From positions 1 to 55,945 of the forward strand of contig JBBQBG010000001.1 in NCBI GenBank assembly GCA_038317285.1: a DNA stretch of 55,945 nt, written 5' to 3'. The notes beneath the pieces were generated by a model. It was not told where the DNA came from and ran no database searches. It saw nothing but the letters and a program-made list of their open reading frames with translations. The translations under genes and the position numbers were made by a program. Below, piece by piece: positions 37,217-48,349 of the stretch; within the stretch, counting starts at the first letter, position 1, and every line of letters begins with the position of its first letter. Source of the DNA: Burkholderiales bacterium (GTDB taxonomy: Bacteria; Pseudomonadota; Gammaproteobacteria; Burkholderiales; Burkholderiaceae_C).

Positions 37217-37639
37217 TCATTTTGGCTTTGACACCTGAGTCGTCTCGTAGCGAGGTTTGTATACGTCGTACCAGACTACAGGATCGCATTCTTTACCTGC
37301 CCCCAGCCCGCACCTCGCCTTGGCGGGGAAAAAGTCGTTCGAACTCCGCACGTAATCGTGCGTATGATTTTTGTATTCGTATTGGTAGTCTTCAAGCTTG
37401 TTGGTCAGCGCTGCGATATCTTTCTTGACCTTGGCCAATTCCTGCGCGAATTCTGCCTTGGCCTTCGCCAACTCCATATTCAATTTCTGGATTTCGTGAT
37501 CGTTGACCGACCCCATTTGCATAGGAGGACCTGAGGTCAAGGTTGCTGTTGCCGGTGGCGCTTTGGGAACAGGCTGGGAGATGCCGACCTGCGATGCAAG
37601 TACTAGAAAGCACACAAGTACGATTTTGAAGGGTTTCAT
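37217..37639 (-). CDS. Secreted hypothetical coiled-coil protein
   Basis: Signal peptide MKPFKIVLVCFLVLASQVGISQ, heptad region, NHTH motif, Cys pair. Confidence 0.7.
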   Translation of the reverse strand: MKPFKIVLVCFLVLASQVGISQPVPKAPPATATLTSGPPMQMGSVNDHEIQKLNMELAKAKAEFAQELAKVKKDIAALTNKLEDYQYEYKNHTHDYVRSSNDFFPAKARCGLGAGKECDPVVWYDVYKPRYETTQVSKPK

Positions 37640-37804
37640 GTTTTATCCCGGGGTGAAAATGGTTTCTGGTGACGCGCACCGTGTTTTACCACCCTGAGTC
37701 GTCAGAACTGTTCGCCGGGTTCAACAAAGGAAACTCTTGCAGAAAAATAGATCTGTAGTGAAGCAATCCGGCCCCCCTGCGCAGCTAAATTTCAAGACAC
37801 CCCC

Positions 37805-38707
37805 TCAGCGTATGCCCATCAGAAAGAGAATCGGCACCTCCAGCCGACTGGCCCACGCCTTCTCATTGTGACCCGCGCCCTCAAAAACCCGACTCATGTA
37901 ACTGGCGTCGGTGTAACCCGCGTCGCGCACCAAGGCATCCACAAAGACTTGGTACGGCGCATACAGTGCATCGAGCTCAACCGTTCCATGGTCCTGGTAA
38001 AGACGGTGCGTCTTGGGGTCGGGCAAATGGTCCCGCAAGTAATTGAATGCCGCCAGCGGCAAGGCAGCATTCGGTGTGTGGGTGCCGACCCAATGGGTCG
38101 ACAAGCCCGCTGCCCCGCCAAAGACCGCGGGGTATTCACTCATCGCATAGACCGATACCATGCCACCCATGCTACTGCCCATGATGAAGGTTGCACCGGC
38201 ATCGGTGCGCGTGGCATAGCGCTTGTCGATTGCGGGTTTGAGTTCTTGCACCAGGAAGCGCAAATAGTGGTCTGCCTGCGCCCTGCCCTGCAATGCGTCG
38301 CGTACGTGCGCCGCGCGAACGGCCCCGGATAAAAACTGCAGGTTCTTCTCTGGGAAATATTCGGCATGCCGGAACTTGCCGTTGTTCCAGATACCAACCA
38401 CGATGGTCGGAGCGATCTTTCCCTGGCGAATCAATCTGCTGAGTGTCACATCTACGCCCCAGGCCTGGTGGTTCCAGGTGGTCGCGGGGTCGAACAGCAT
38501 CTGCCCGTCCTGCATGTACAGCACGTTGTGCCGCTGCTGGGTGTTGTAGCCGGGCGGCAACCAGACATCAATATGCCGTGCATCGACAAATTGCGATGGG
38601 AAGTTTTCTAGCCGTTCGACGGTTCCCGCCGTGACGGCGGGAACGGGTTGCGCCAACAACTGCGTTCCCAGCAGCATGCCCAAGACGATCAGCAAAAACC
38701 GCGGCAT
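37805..38707 (-). CDS. Alpha/beta hydrolase (putative esterase), secreted
   Basis: VWLPPGY, YMQDGQMLFD, ELKPAID, GSSMGG, HNEKAW; follows malG. Confidence 0.9.
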   Translation of the reverse strand: MPRFLLIVLGMLLGTQLLAQPVPAVTAGTVERLENFPSQFVDARHIDVWLPPGYNTQQRHNVLYMQDGQMLFDPATTWNHQAWGVDVTLSRLIRQGKIAPTIVVGIWNNGKFRHAEYFPEKNLQFLSGAVRAAHVRDALQGRAQADHYLRFLVQELKPAIDKRYATRTDAGATFIMGSSMGGMVSVYAMSEYPAVFGGAAGLSTHWVGTHTPNAALPLAAFNYLRDHLPDPKTHRLYQDHGTVELDALYAPYQVFVDALVRDAGYTDASYMSRVFEGAGHNEKAWASRLEVPILFLMGIR

Positions 38708-38710
38708 GGT

Positions 38711-39601
38711 CTATCCCTTGACGCCACCCGATGTCAGCCCCGACACAATCCAGCGCTGCGCCACCAGAAACACCAGGGTAATGGGCAAGCCCGACAATAC
38801 CGCTGCAGCGGCAAAGTCGCCCCACAGGTAGCGCTGCTCGTAGAGGTAGTATTTGGAGCCGACAGCCAGCGTCAGATTGGGCTCTTCACGGAGCAGCACG
38901 GATGCAATGGGGTATTCAATGATGGTGCCGATAAAGGCCAGCACAAACACCACCATCAGGATCGGCACCGCCATGGGCAGCAGCACGCGGTAGAAGGTTT
39001 GCCATGAGGTAGCGCCGTCGACCTTGGCACATTCTTCAATCTCGGTCGGGATGGTTTCGAAGTAGCCTTTGATAGTCCAGATGTGCATGGCCACACCGCC
39101 GATGTAGGCCACGATCAAGCCGCCGTGTGTTTCGATACCCAGCCACGGAATAAAGCCACCAATGGCCTCAAAGATGGCGTAAATAGCGACCAGCGCGACC
39201 GCCACCGGGAACATCTGCAGTAAAAGCATGCTGTTCAAGATGGTGGATTTGAATCGAAAGCGTAGGCGCGCAAAACCATAAGCTGCGGTGGTCGAGATGC
39301 CCACGATGAGCAGGGACGAAATGGTGGCGATCTTGATCGAATTCCACAGCCACAGCAGCACGGGAAACGGTGGCTGCACCACCACGCCATCGGGCTGCGT
39401 ATAGGCGAAACCGAGTGCCAGCTTCCAGTGCTCCAGACTGATCTCGGTCGGTATCAATGAGCCTGTCGCAAAGTTGCCAGGGCGTAGGGATATCGACACC
39501 ACCGCCAACAGCGGGAACAGCGTGACAGCGATCAAAAGCCACAATCCCGCATGGGCTGCCGTGATGCGCCAGCGCTGGCTTTTTCCGGTAACAACAGCCA
39601 T
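38711..39601 (-). CDS. malG: Maltose/maltodextrin ABC permease
   Basis: [55 protein letters not shown]. Confidence 0.95.
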   Translation of the reverse strand: MAVVTGKSQRWRITAAHAGLWLLIAVTLFPLLAVVSISLRPGNFATGSLIPTEISLEHWKLALGFAYTQPDGVVVQPPFPVLLWLWNSIKIATISSLLIVGISTTAAYGFARLRFRFKSTILNSMLLLQMFPVAVALVAIYAIFEAIGGFIPWLGIETHGGLIVAYIGGVAMHIWTIKGYFETIPTEIEECAKVDGATSWQTFYRVLLPMAVPILMVVFVLAFIGTIIEYPIASVLLREEPNLTLAVGSKYYLYEQRYLWGDFAAAAVLSGLPITLVFLVAQRWIVSGLTSGGVKG

Positions 39602-39603
39602 GC

Positions 39604-41181
39604 TTAGTGTCCTCCCTTGCGCTGGTCTTTGGATTGCGACAGCTTCAAATTGACCATCGACAGGATGGCGATCAAAAGGAAGATGACCGTGGAAATGGCG
39701 GCAGCCAGGCCAAAGTTGGCACCTGCATCGGTGAAGGCAATGCGGTAGGTGTAGGACACCAAAATGTCCGTGGTGCCAGCCGGCAACTTGGTATTGAGGT
39801 AGTCGGGTCGGCCATCGGTCAGCAAGCTGATCAACACGAAATTGTTGAAGTTGAACGCAAAGGCCGAGATCAGCAAAGGCGTCAACGGCTTGACAATCAG
39901 CGGCGCAGTGATGCGGAAAAAATTGGTCAGCGGCTTGGCCCCGGCTATGGCCGACGCTTCGTACAGGTCCGCGGGAATGGACTTGATCAGACCCGTGCAC
40001 AGCACCATGATGTAGGGGTAGCCCAGCCAGGTGTTGACGATCAGGATCATGGTCTTGGCCAAGGTGGGGTCGGCGAACCACGCGGGCTTGATGCCAAACA
40101 CGGCATCCAAGATGGCATTGATCTCGCCAAAGTTTTGGTTGAACAAACCCTTGAACACCAGGATGGAGATAAAACCCGGCACCGCATAGGGCAGGAACAG
40201 CAACGTGCGGTACAGCGTGCGGTACTTCAGCGCTTCCCAATTCAACAGCACCGCCAAGGTCATGCCGATGGCGGTCGAAAACAGCACGGTCAGCCCGGCA
40301 AACACCACGGTCCAAATGAAGATGGACACGAACGGGCCGCGCATATCGGCATCGCCAAACAGCCGCGCGTAGTTGGCGAAGCCCACGCCGACCTTGAAGC
40401 CGGGTTGCAGGCGGTCGCCCTTGGCATCTTCAAAGAAACCAGTGTCACGGTTGGCCTGGTAGACCGCGCCATCGCTCAGGCGCTTGAGCCCACCGTGTTC
40501 TTGTGCTTGCCATAGTGGCTTAAACACGGCGTACTCGTGCAGTCCTGCGTAGACGAGCGCGCTTTGGTCGGGTAGCGTCAGGCGCAGTGACATCAATGCG
40601 TCGCGGTGGGCAATGGTCTGACGCAAGGTATACGGCTGGCCTAGCGGCACATGACCGGCTAAACGCTGCATGGACACCGCCACGGCTTTGGTCTTGCCAT
40701 CCAATGCGAGGGGTGGTGACACATAACGCACGGTGGATGTACTCTCCCCGTGTGGCGTCAGTACCAGACGCACGTTGCTGCCATCGGCATGCACACTAAA
40801 GGCAAAGGCCCGCGATTCATTGACGTCAGCCTGGTCCAGCAGATAAGCGCGGGCACGTTCTTCACTCAGCAGGTTGTTGGCCGAGTAATTGGTGAAGCCA
40901 ATCTGGATCGTGTAAATCAGCGGAAAGGCCACGAACACCAGCATCGCCATGACGCCGGGGAACAAGTAGCGCCAGGCCAGAGTTTTGGCCGACGCATAGA
41001 CATACAGGCTCAAGGCACCCACGCTCAAGATCAGCGCGGCCCACACAGCTTGACCGCTGCCGTAAATAGCAAAGCTCAGCCACAGCAGGGCCAGCGCTAC
41101 AAGTGTGGCGACGGCCTTGGACAACATGGATGATGGGGTCTGCGTTGAAACGCCAGACGACGTGTGTAGGGTCTCTTGCAT
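39604..41181 (-). CDS. malF: Maltose/maltodextrin ABC permease
   Basis: [10 protein letters not shown], large periplasmic loop, [44 protein letters not shown]. Confidence 0.95.
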   Translation of the reverse strand: MQETLHTSSGVSTQTPSSMLSKAVATLVALALLWLSFAIYGSGQAVWAALILSVGALSLYVYASAKTLAWRYLFPGVMAMLVFVAFPLIYTIQIGFTNYSANNLLSEERARAYLLDQADVNESRAFAFSVHADGSNVRLVLTPHGESTSTVRYVSPPLALDGKTKAVAVSMQRLAGHVPLGQPYTLRQTIAHRDALMSLRLTLPDQSALVYAGLHEYAVFKPLWQAQEHGGLKRLSDGAVYQANRDTGFFEDAKGDRLQPGFKVGVGFANYARLFGDADMRGPFVSIFIWTVVFAGLTVLFSTAIGMTLAVLLNWEALKYRTLYRTLLFLPYAVPGFISILVFKGLFNQNFGEINAILDAVFGIKPAWFADPTLAKTMILIVNTWLGYPYIMVLCTGLIKSIPADLYEASAIAGAKPLTNFFRITAPLIVKPLTPLLISAFAFNFNNFVLISLLTDGRPDYLNTKLPAGTTDILVSYTYRIAFTDAGANFGLAAAISTVIFLLIAILSMVNLKLSQSKDQRKGGH

Positions 41182-41182
41182 A

Positions 41183-42373
41183 TCACTTCACCAACATGCG
41201 TGCGGCTGCGCCGTCCAGCGCATCCTTGGGGCTCTGACGGCCCTGACTGATCGCCTCCAGGGCGGCGTCCATCGCCGGGAAGAAGCGGCCTAGTTCGGGG
41301 ATATTGGGCAGGGGCTCGCCGGTGCGGGCGTTCTCCATCGTGGCTCGGATATTGGCGTCACCCGATAGTTCGGCAAAGTAGGCCTTGTTGGCCGGTGTGC
41401 CCAAGGGCACGTCTGCGGAAATAGTCTTGAGCCCCTCAACGCGCAACATGTGATTCTCAATAAATTCGCGCGCAATGTCTTTGACCTTGCTGGGCGCAGC
41501 GATCATGCAGCCCAACACGCCCACGAACGATTTGGATGGCTTGCCGGCAATGACCGATGGCACCGGCGCCACGATGAAATTGATCTTGGCCTTGCGCGCG
41601 TTGTCCCAGGCCCAAGGCCCGGTGATCATCATCGCAATTTCGCCGCGCGCAAAGCCGGCTTCCATCTCGGCATAGCGCGCGCCGCGGGGCATATAGCCCT
41701 CTTCGATCAAACGGGACAGCATATTCGCACCGGCCACCGCGCCTGGGGAGTTGACACCGACGACCGATGGGTCGAGCTCGCCGCCGCTGGCGCGACCAAA
41801 CACCTGCCCACCAGCTCCGGCCAACATGGGCCAGGTGAAAAATGACTTGTTGTAATCCCACAGAATGGCCTTTTTACCCTGCTTTGAGAGTTGCTTGTCC
41901 AGCGCCATGACTTCGTCAAATGTGGTGGGTACGGTCTTCACCAAGTCTCGGTTTACCACCAGCCCCACGGCCTCTATGGCCAATGGGTAGCCCCAGACCT
42001 TGCCCTTGTAAGTGAATGCCTTCCATGCGGACTCATCTATCTCATCACGCACACGCTTGGGTGGGTGTATGGGTACCAGCAGGCCCGAGCGCGCCCATTC
42101 ACCGGTGCGGTCATGGGGCCAGCAAAAAATGTCCGGGCCTTTGCCTGCAGCGGCTGCAGCTTGAAACTTATCGGTAGCGCCCTCGGGGTGTTGCACCACC
42201 ACCGTTACGCCCGATTCTTTGGCAAAGGCATCACCCACCTTCTGCAGTCCGTTGTAGCCCTTGTCGCCATTGATCCAGACCAACAATTTAATGGCGTCCG
42301 CAGCATGCACGGGCAACGCCAATGTTGCAGCCATGGCAGCAGCCAAACCCACTAACGCACAACGCCGCATCAT
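41183..42373 (-). CDS. malE: Maltose/maltodextrin-binding protein
   Basis: [31 protein letters not shown]-like FFTWP, GPWAW, FVGVL, PNIP. Confidence 0.95.
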   Translation of the reverse strand: MMRRCALVGLAAAMAATLALPVHAADAIKLLVWINGDKGYNGLQKVGDAFAKESGVTVVVQHPEGATDKFQAAAAAGKGPDIFCWPHDRTGEWARSGLLVPIHPPKRVRDEIDESAWKAFTYKGKVWGYPLAIEAVGLVVNRDLVKTVPTTFDEVMALDKQLSKQGKKAILWDYNKSFFTWPMLAGAGGQVFGRASGGELDPSVVGVNSPGAVAGANMLSRLIEEGYMPRGARYAEMEAGFARGEIAMMITGPWAWDNARKAKINFIVAPVPSVIAGKPSKSFVGVLGCMIAAPSKVKDIAREFIENHMLRVEGLKTISADVPLGTPANKAYFAELSGDANIRATMENARTGEPLPNIPELGRFFPAMDAALEAISQGRQSPKDALDGAAARMLVK

Positions 42374-43485
42374 GCCGCTCCGTTTGCAGACACCATGCGC
42401 TTGAAGGCATGGCCGGCCGCATCGAACAGGTAACAGCGATCGGGCTCCACGCCCAGCTCCAGTGTGTCGCCCGCCTTCACGCGCACCACGCCGGTCAGCT
42501 CGCACGTCAGGTCTTCTTGCACACCCGGGAAAGCGCAGTAGGCGTGGGTGACGCTGCCCAGCGATTCCACAAAAGTCACCTTGGCCGTCAAACGGTTGGC
42601 AAATGGCACCCGTGTGATGTGTTCGGGTCGAATGCCCAGGGTCACCTTATCGCCCGGTTTAGCGGTTGAAGCATTGACCGCGCATTGGATCAACGCACCA
42701 TCGTGCAAGCGCACAGTCACGTCATTGGCATTGGCATTGGTCGACACAAATTCGGCGGCAATGAAGTTCATGCCCGGCGAGCCAATGAATCCGGCAACAA
42801 ACAGGTTGTCGGGGTGCTCGTACAGATCCAACGGCGAACCCACTTGTTCGATCTTGCCAGCTGACAACACGACAATGCGGTCAGCCAGCGTCATGGCTTC
42901 GACCTGGTCGTGCGTCACATAGACCATCGTTGTCTTCAGGTCGGCGTGCAGCTTTGCAAATTCGTAGCGCATGCGCACGCGCAGAGCCGTATCCAGGTTA
43001 GACAGGGGCTCGTCAAACAGAAACACGTCGGGCTTGCGCACAATGGCGCGGCCAATGGCTACGCGCTGGCGCTGACCACCAGACAAGTCCTTGGGTTTGC
43101 GATCCAACAGGTGCTCAATGCCCAGAATTTTTGCGGCCTGTTGCACCAGCCGGTCCACCTCGTCCTTAGGCACTTTCTTAAGCTGCAGGCCAAAGGCCAT
43201 GTTGTCGTAGAGGCTCATGTGCGGGTACAGCGCGTAGGACTGGAACACCATGGCAATGCCGCGCTCGGCCGGCGGCACGTCGTTGACCAGGCGGTTACCG
43301 ATATGCAGCGTGCCGCTGGTGATGTCTTCCAGGCCGGCGATCATGCGCAGCAGGGTGGATTTGCCGCAGCCCGATGGCCCGACAAACACCACGAATTCGC
43401 CGTCACGGATGTGCAGGTCGACACCTTGCAATATTGCTACGTCGCCAAACGACTTGCCCACACACGTTAACTTTACGTCCGCCAC
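42370..43485 (-). CDS. malK: Sugar ABC transporter ATP-binding protein
   Basis: [40 protein letters not shown]; GTG start after GGAGG. Confidence 0.92.
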   Translation of the reverse strand: MADVKLTCVGKSFGDVAILQGVDLHIRDGEFVVFVGPSGCGKSTLLRMIAGLEDITSGTLHIGNRLVNDVPPAERGIAMVFQSYALYPHMSLYDNMAFGLQLKKVPKDEVDRLVQQAAKILGIEHLLDRKPKDLSGGQRQRVAIGRAIVRKPDVFLFDEPLSNLDTALRVRMRYEFAKLHADLKTTMVYVTHDQVEAMTLADRIVVLSAGKIEQVGSPLDLYEHPDNLFVAGFIGSPGMNFIAAEFVSTNANANDVTVRLHDGALIQCAVNASTAKPGDKVTLGIRPEHITRVPFANRLTAKVTFVESLGSVTHAYCAFPGVQEDLTCELTGVVRVKAGDTLELGVEPDRCYLFDAAGHAFKRMVSANGAA

Positions 43486-43580
43486 GTTGTACCTCCGTTC
43501 CGCAGGCAGGCTGCGGTTGCATTGATTCATTCAGCCCGGTCGACGCGACGCAAGGACAGCCCTGAGTATACTCAGCAAAA

Positions 43581-43682
43581 AGTAGTAATACAACACATAA
43601 AAATACCCAATAGACAGATCGTTTCAGGTGATTTATTTGAATAAATCAAGGGTTTTCCCGCAATGAATGTATTATTACTACT
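43581..43682. promoter_or_regulatory. HexR-like sites upstream of malK
   Basis: AGTAG-TAATA-CAACA and TGTAT-TATTA-CTACT, imperfect matches to TGTAR-N5-YTACA. Confidence 0.45.
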
Positions 43683-43759
43683 TACGTTTAAGACGACTAC
43701 CTATACCAATGCACCACAGGTGTCGCGCAACAGAAGAGCCTGATACACCCCAATAGACT

Positions 43760-45139
43760 ATGACCGCATCCGCGAAGCATTCTCCGCCGCCCAGCCCGCA
43801 TGTGTTGGCCGTGGCCTGGCCCCTGCTGGCCGAATTGGTACTGGGCTTTGGCGTGGGTTTTGTGGGCATGTGGCTGGTGTCCAAAGAGTCTGACACCGCC
43901 TCCGCTGCCTTTGGCTTGGCCAACCATGTGCAGGGCGCTTTCTTTCTGCTGTTTCGCATCATCAGCATGGGCGTAGGCGTGGTCATCACACAAAACCTGG
44001 GTGCCGGCAACCGCCGCGACGCCGACCGCACAGCCTTGGCCAGTCTGGGTGCCAGCACGTGGCTGGGGCTGGGCAGCGCACTGGTTCTGTTTGCCGCTAC
44101 CGGCCCCTTGCTGACCGCCATGCAGGCCACTGCGGACGTACGTGCGTTGGCCGCGCCCTATCTGCACGTGTTGGCCTTCGCGCTGTTTCTGGATGCGTTC
44201 AACGCCAGCATGGCAGCCGTGATGCGCTCACACCTGCGCACGCGCGAGACCATGCTCAACATACTGTCCATGCATGCATTGCACCTCGCGCTGTGCTTTC
44301 CTCTGATGCGCGGTGTTGGCCCTGTACCGCCATTGGGCATGGTGGGTTTTGCGCTGGCACTGGCCATCAGCCGAGGCTTTGGTCTGGGCGTGCACCTGTG
44401 GCTATGGCGAGCGGTATTGGGGCTTTACCCCAGCTGGCACGATGCGGTGGTGGTGCGCTGGGATACGCTTCGCAGCTCCATCGCCATAGGGCTGCCCGGC
44501 GCAGCGGAGAACATTGCCTACCGCGTGGCCATGCTGGTGTCGGTCACGGTGGTCTCCGGCATGGGCACGGCCCAATTGGCCACGCAAGGCTACGCCATGC
44601 AGATCATGAACGTCATCGTGCTGTCCACGGTGGCATTGGCCTTTGCAGGGGAGATATTAGTAGGCCATCTGATAGGCGCCGGTGAACTGCGCGCCGCGTG
44701 GAAGCTGGTGCGCAAATGCCTGTTCTGGGGTTTGGGCGTTGCAGTCAGCGTCGCCGTGCTGACCGCCGCAACCGCGCACTGGACGCTACGCCTATTTACA
44801 CACGACCCCGCCATCATTGCCCAGGCCACCACGTTGTTGTGGATCACCGTCTTGCTGGAGCCGGGCCGTACCTGCAATATCGTGGTCATCACCGCGTTGC
44901 GGGCGGCGGGCGATGCGCGCTTTCCGGTGATGGCTGGGGCCGCTTCCATGGTGCTGGTGATGGGTTTTGGCTCGTGGTTATTGGGCGTGCATTTTGGCTT
45001 GGGATTGACCGGTGTGTGGATTGCCTATGCCCTGGACGAATGGGTACGCGGCGGCATCATGGCGGCGCGCTGGTTTGGGCTGGGGTGGGTGAAGCAGGCG
45101 GTGGCTTCGCGCAGGCTGGTGAATCGGCAGGTGGCATAG
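43760..45139 (+). CDS. MATE family efflux transporter
   Basis: About 12 TM segments, QNLGAG, IGLPGAAE, GHLIGAG, ALRAAGDARFP, DEWVRG. Confidence 0.92.
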   Translation: MTASAKHSPPPSPHVLAVAWPLLAELVLGFGVGFVGMWLVSKESDTASAAFGLANHVQGAFFLLFRIISMGVGVVITQNLGAGNRRDADRTALASLGASTWLGLGSALVLFAATGPLLTAMQATADVRALAAPYLHVLAFALFLDAFNASMAAVMRSHLRTRETMLNILSMHALHLALCFPLMRGVGPVPPLGMVGFALALAISRGFGLGVHLWLWRAVLGLYPSWHDAVVVRWDTLRSSIAIGLPGAAENIAYRVAMLVSVTVVSGMGTAQLATQGYAMQIMNVIVLSTVALAFAGEILVGHLIGAGELRAAWKLVRKCLFWGLGVAVSVAVLTAATAHWTLRLFTHDPAIIAQATTLLWITVLLEPGRTCNIVVITALRAAGDARFPVMAGAASMVLVMGFGSWLLGVHFGLGLTGVWIAYALDEWVRGGIMAARWFGLGWVKQAVASRRLVNRQVA

Positions 45140-45219
45140 CCCTCAAAGGGCAACTGTGGGTGGGGCAGAGCGTGGGGCAGTGAAGGCCTGCAAAGAGTGG
45201 TTAAGCCGTTCGATGGGTT

Positions 45220-45666
45220 TCATCTTGCTGGTGCTCGCCGTTGCACGTCCATGTGCCTCAAAATGACTCGGCTGGTGGTGTCCTTGACCCCGGCCTCCGA
45301 GCGCAAGGCCTCGATCAGCCGCACCAGATCGGCCTGGTCGCGACAGGCCACGCGCAACATGTAGTCGTAAGAGCCAGTGACCAGAGATGCTTCCATCACG
45401 CCGGGTATGGCGGCAATGGCCTCTTCAAACCTGGCGGCGGATGTGTCGCGCGACATTTTGACGTCCACTAGCGCCTGCAACGGCAGCCCCAGCGCAGTCA
45501 GATCTACTTCGGCGTGAAAACCCCTTAGCACTTGCTCATGCAAAAGCTTTCGCACCCGTTCGGCCACCGTGTTCGCGCTCAAAAAAACTTGTTCACCCAG
45601 CTCGCGGTAACTCAAGCGGGCATCGCGGCGCAGCAAATCCACAATAACTCTGTCAATTTTATCCAT
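45220..45666 (-). CDS. Lrp/AsnC family regulator
   Basis: MDKIDRVIVDLLRRDARLSYRELGEQVFLS, VTGSYDYML. Confidence 0.93.
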   Translation of the reverse strand: MDKIDRVIVDLLRRDARLSYRELGEQVFLSANTVAERVRKLLHEQVLRGFHAEVDLTALGLPLQALVDVKMSRDTSAARFEEAIAAIPGVMEASLVTGSYDYMLRVACRDQADLVRLIEALRSEAGVKDTTSRVILRHMDVQRRAPAR

Positions 45667-45812
45667 GACCGATTTTACTAACGTTATCAATCCAAAATTG
45701 CCAAGCAAAACGCGGAAATTAAGGCATTTCGTTACATACAATCTTTTTCGAAATGGGCGTTGCAGCAATTACCCCGTTAGAACACAGAAAAATTAACACA
45801 GAGGACTTCAAT

Positions 45813-46961
45813 ATGCGCTTTCTCGAACACTGGCCCCGAACACCCATGCTGATACTTGCCTTGCTGGTTATAGGGGGCGCCCAGGCCCAACCAACACCTG
45901 GGTCCGGCATGGACAGTGTCGCGCGCCCAGACATGAAGCTGGACGCCGCGCAACGCAGCCATTTGATCGCCACGCTAGCGCAGAAGATGCGCGCCAACTA
46001 TGTCTTCCCTGAAGTCGCCGAGAAGATGGCAACGGCAATCCTTGCCCAAGACAAACGCGGCGACTATGCCAAAGACGGCAGCGCCAACGCCCTGAGTGAG
46101 CATCTCACCACCGATCTACAGAAGCTCAGTATGGACAAGCACATCCGCCTGCGGTACTGGCCAGACGTGTTGCCCGAGGACATACCCGAAGCGGATAGGG
46201 CCAAGATCAAACCCAGCGCTGCGGAGCGTGAAAGGGATTTGGCGAAGGGCAAGTATTACAACTTTGGCGTGGAGAAATTTGAGCGACTTCCCGGCAACAT
46301 TGGGTACTTAGAGCTGAAAGGATTTCTTGAACCCGAATACAGCGGAGAGGCGATTGCCTCCGCCATGACGTTGGTGGCCGACAGTGAGGCTCTGATCATC
46401 GATGTGCGCCGCAATGGCGGGGGTGACCCTGCCACCGTTGCACTGGTCAGTAGCTACCTCTTTGACAGCGACCCGGTTCATCTGAACGACTTGTACTACC
46501 GCTGGGACGGCCAGATCCACCAGTACTGGACGCAGGCCTGGGTACCGGGCAAGCGATTCGGTCCGAACAAGCCTGTCTATGTGCTGACGAGCCCACGCAC
46601 GTTTTCCGCGGCAGAGGAGTTCGCGAACAATCTGAAAACACTTAAACGTGCCACCATCGTTGGTGCCACCACTGGCGGAGGAGCCAATCCTGGCGGTGTA
46701 TTCAAGCTGGCCGAACATGTGGGCGTTTTCATACCAACCGGGCGCGCCATTAATCCAATCACCAAATCCAATTGGGAAGGCACTGGTGTTGTGCCCGACG
46801 TCGCAGTCCCGCACGACCAGGCACTGCTGACCGCCCAGGTGTTGGCCATGCAGCCGGTAGTAGCCGCCATGTCCGACCCCTGGCGCAAGGAAGAAGCCAA
46901 CAAGGTGCTGGTTGACTTGAAGGCAAAGCTGGATGCACTGAAGACAATTGCGGACAAATAA
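45813..46961 (+). CDS. S41 family peptidase (IRBP/tricorn-like), secreted
   Basis: DKHIRL, GNIGYL, DVRRNGGG, TFSAAE, GGGANP, WEGTGVVPD. Confidence 0.92.
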   Translation: MRFLEHWPRTPMLILALLVIGGAQAQPTPGSGMDSVARPDMKLDAAQRSHLIATLAQKMRANYVFPEVAEKMATAILAQDKRGDYAKDGSANALSEHLTTDLQKLSMDKHIRLRYWPDVLPEDIPEADRAKIKPSAAERERDLAKGKYYNFGVEKFERLPGNIGYLELKGFLEPEYSGEAIASAMTLVADSEALIIDVRRNGGGDPATVALVSSYLFDSDPVHLNDLYYRWDGQIHQYWTQAWVPGKRFGPNKPVYVLTSPRTFSAAEEFANNLKTLKRATIVGATTGGGANPGGVFKLAEHVGVFIPTGRAINPITKSNWEGTGVVPDVAVPHDQALLTAQVLAMQPVVAAMSDPWRKEEANKVLVDLKAKLDALKTIADK

Positions 46962-47149
46962 GTTGGCCAGCGCGTTTCCTTAGCACGCATTCCGGTGTGG
47001 CGTGCTACGCCAATTGCGAACACACATCTTCAATTTTTGTGCTTGGTCCGGGGGTCCTGCGCGCAAGGCGCATTCGACAGGCTTGACACAGCTGAGCCAT
47101 GAAAAATCATGGCCAAGAGAACTTTTGGACGTCCCGGAATCTGCTGATT

Positions 47150-48349
47150 TCAGCGAGACAGCAGCTTGCCAACGCCGTCCACCATGCTCTCTGAATAGGT
47201 CTGGCCAGTCTTCTCAGACTCCCGAATCAACTCACGCCAAACAAGCGGTGTGGCAACCGGCAGCTTCAAGAAATTCTGCAAACCACATGCGTATGCAAAA
47301 CGGTACGCCGCAGGCGTGTCCTTAACGCGATCACACTCTTGTTTGGCCATATCCTGATAGGCTGCGACCCGGTCAGCAGACCAGACCCCAGTGTTTAGGA
47401 GCGCATCCATGGCCATGGCCTCCGCGCCGCCTTCGTGGACCCAGGGAGCGTCGGGGCCAATCCCGCCAGCGGTGACGTTTTCCTGCCAGATGTGGGCCAT
47501 CTCATGGGTGACCACACGGCTAACCATGGCGCGCAATTCAGGTTGCTCTTTGACCAAGGCTTTGCCCGCAATACGGTAGGTAATCTGGCCATTGGTGGCG
47601 CCGCCCTTCATGGAAAAGCCAGAGGACTCCAGATCGGCTACTGAAATCATAATAAACAGTTCGCGCAGCAAAGAGCGTTGGTAGGTCTTCGCGTAATAGG
47701 TGGACATCTTGTTGCTGGTGTCCAAAATCAGCTCAGTAGCCCAGTCAGGCAAAGCTGGGTCCAAGATCAGCTTGGCTGCACCCGCCTGGACGGGCTTCTG
47801 TGGCCCAAAGTAAGCATAGGCCAGGAGGCTACGCTCCTTGTCTTGAAAGTGCGGTGGTGGAATCACGGTTTCGTCACCCAGCCCTTGGTAGGTCGCGCTC
47901 GGTTCCACCTCCCGTTCGGGCACATTTGGCCTCGCACCCCGCACACTTCCCACAAAGAAGCCCATATAGATCGCCGCACCACCATCAGAAAAATGATTGT
48001 TGGGAGCGTAATTCTTGGGTGCGAACTTGCTGTAGGCACTGACCTCCACGCTGATCTTCTTGACAGCCTGTTCAGCGACGTAAGACTCCGTGACGTCACC
48101 AGCTTGGTAGCGCACTCCGGGTGTCAGCACTTTCCAGGCTGTTTGACGATAGTCGCCCACGGTAGAAAATTCGAGGGCCGTTATGGGCTCAGAAAACTCA
48201 TAGTCCACACGCCACTTGCCCTCGGCCACATGCGCCAGGTGGATGCTTGCTGGCAGCTTCTTTACTTCTTCCGCCGAGGCTGGCTGGGCCAGCGCGGCAC
48301 ACAAGCCCAAGGACAAAAACAGCCACTGAATGGCGGGAAAGTCAGTCAT
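47150..48349 (-). CDS. Secreted putative zinc metallopeptidase (gluzincin-like)
   Basis: Signal peptide; HEMAH followed about 19 residues later by WVHEGGAE. Confidence 0.75.
   Translation of the reverse strand: MTDFPAIQWLFLSLGLCAALAQPASAEEVKKLPASIHLAHVAEGKWRVDYEFSEPITALEFSTVGDYRQTAWKVLTPGVRYQAGDVTESYVAEQAVKKISVEVSAYSKFAPKNYAPNNHFSDGGAAIYMGFFVGSVRGARPNVPEREVEPSATYQGLGDETVIPPPHFQDKERSLLAYAYFGPQKPVQAGAAKLILDPALPDWATELILDTSNKMSTYYAKTYQRSLLRELFIMISVADLESSGFSMKGGATNGQITYRIAGKALVKEQPELRAMVSRVVTHEMAHIWQENVTAGGIGPDAPWVHEGGAEAMAMDALLNTGVWSADRVAAYQDMAKQECDRVKDTPAAYRFAYACGLQNFLKLPVATPLVWRELIRESEKTGQTYSESMVDGVGKLLSR

Noticed and set aside
38711-40315. 534-aa malG with long N-terminal extension
   Set aside because: The extension overlaps malF in another frame; the real start is ATG 39601, just after the malF stop.
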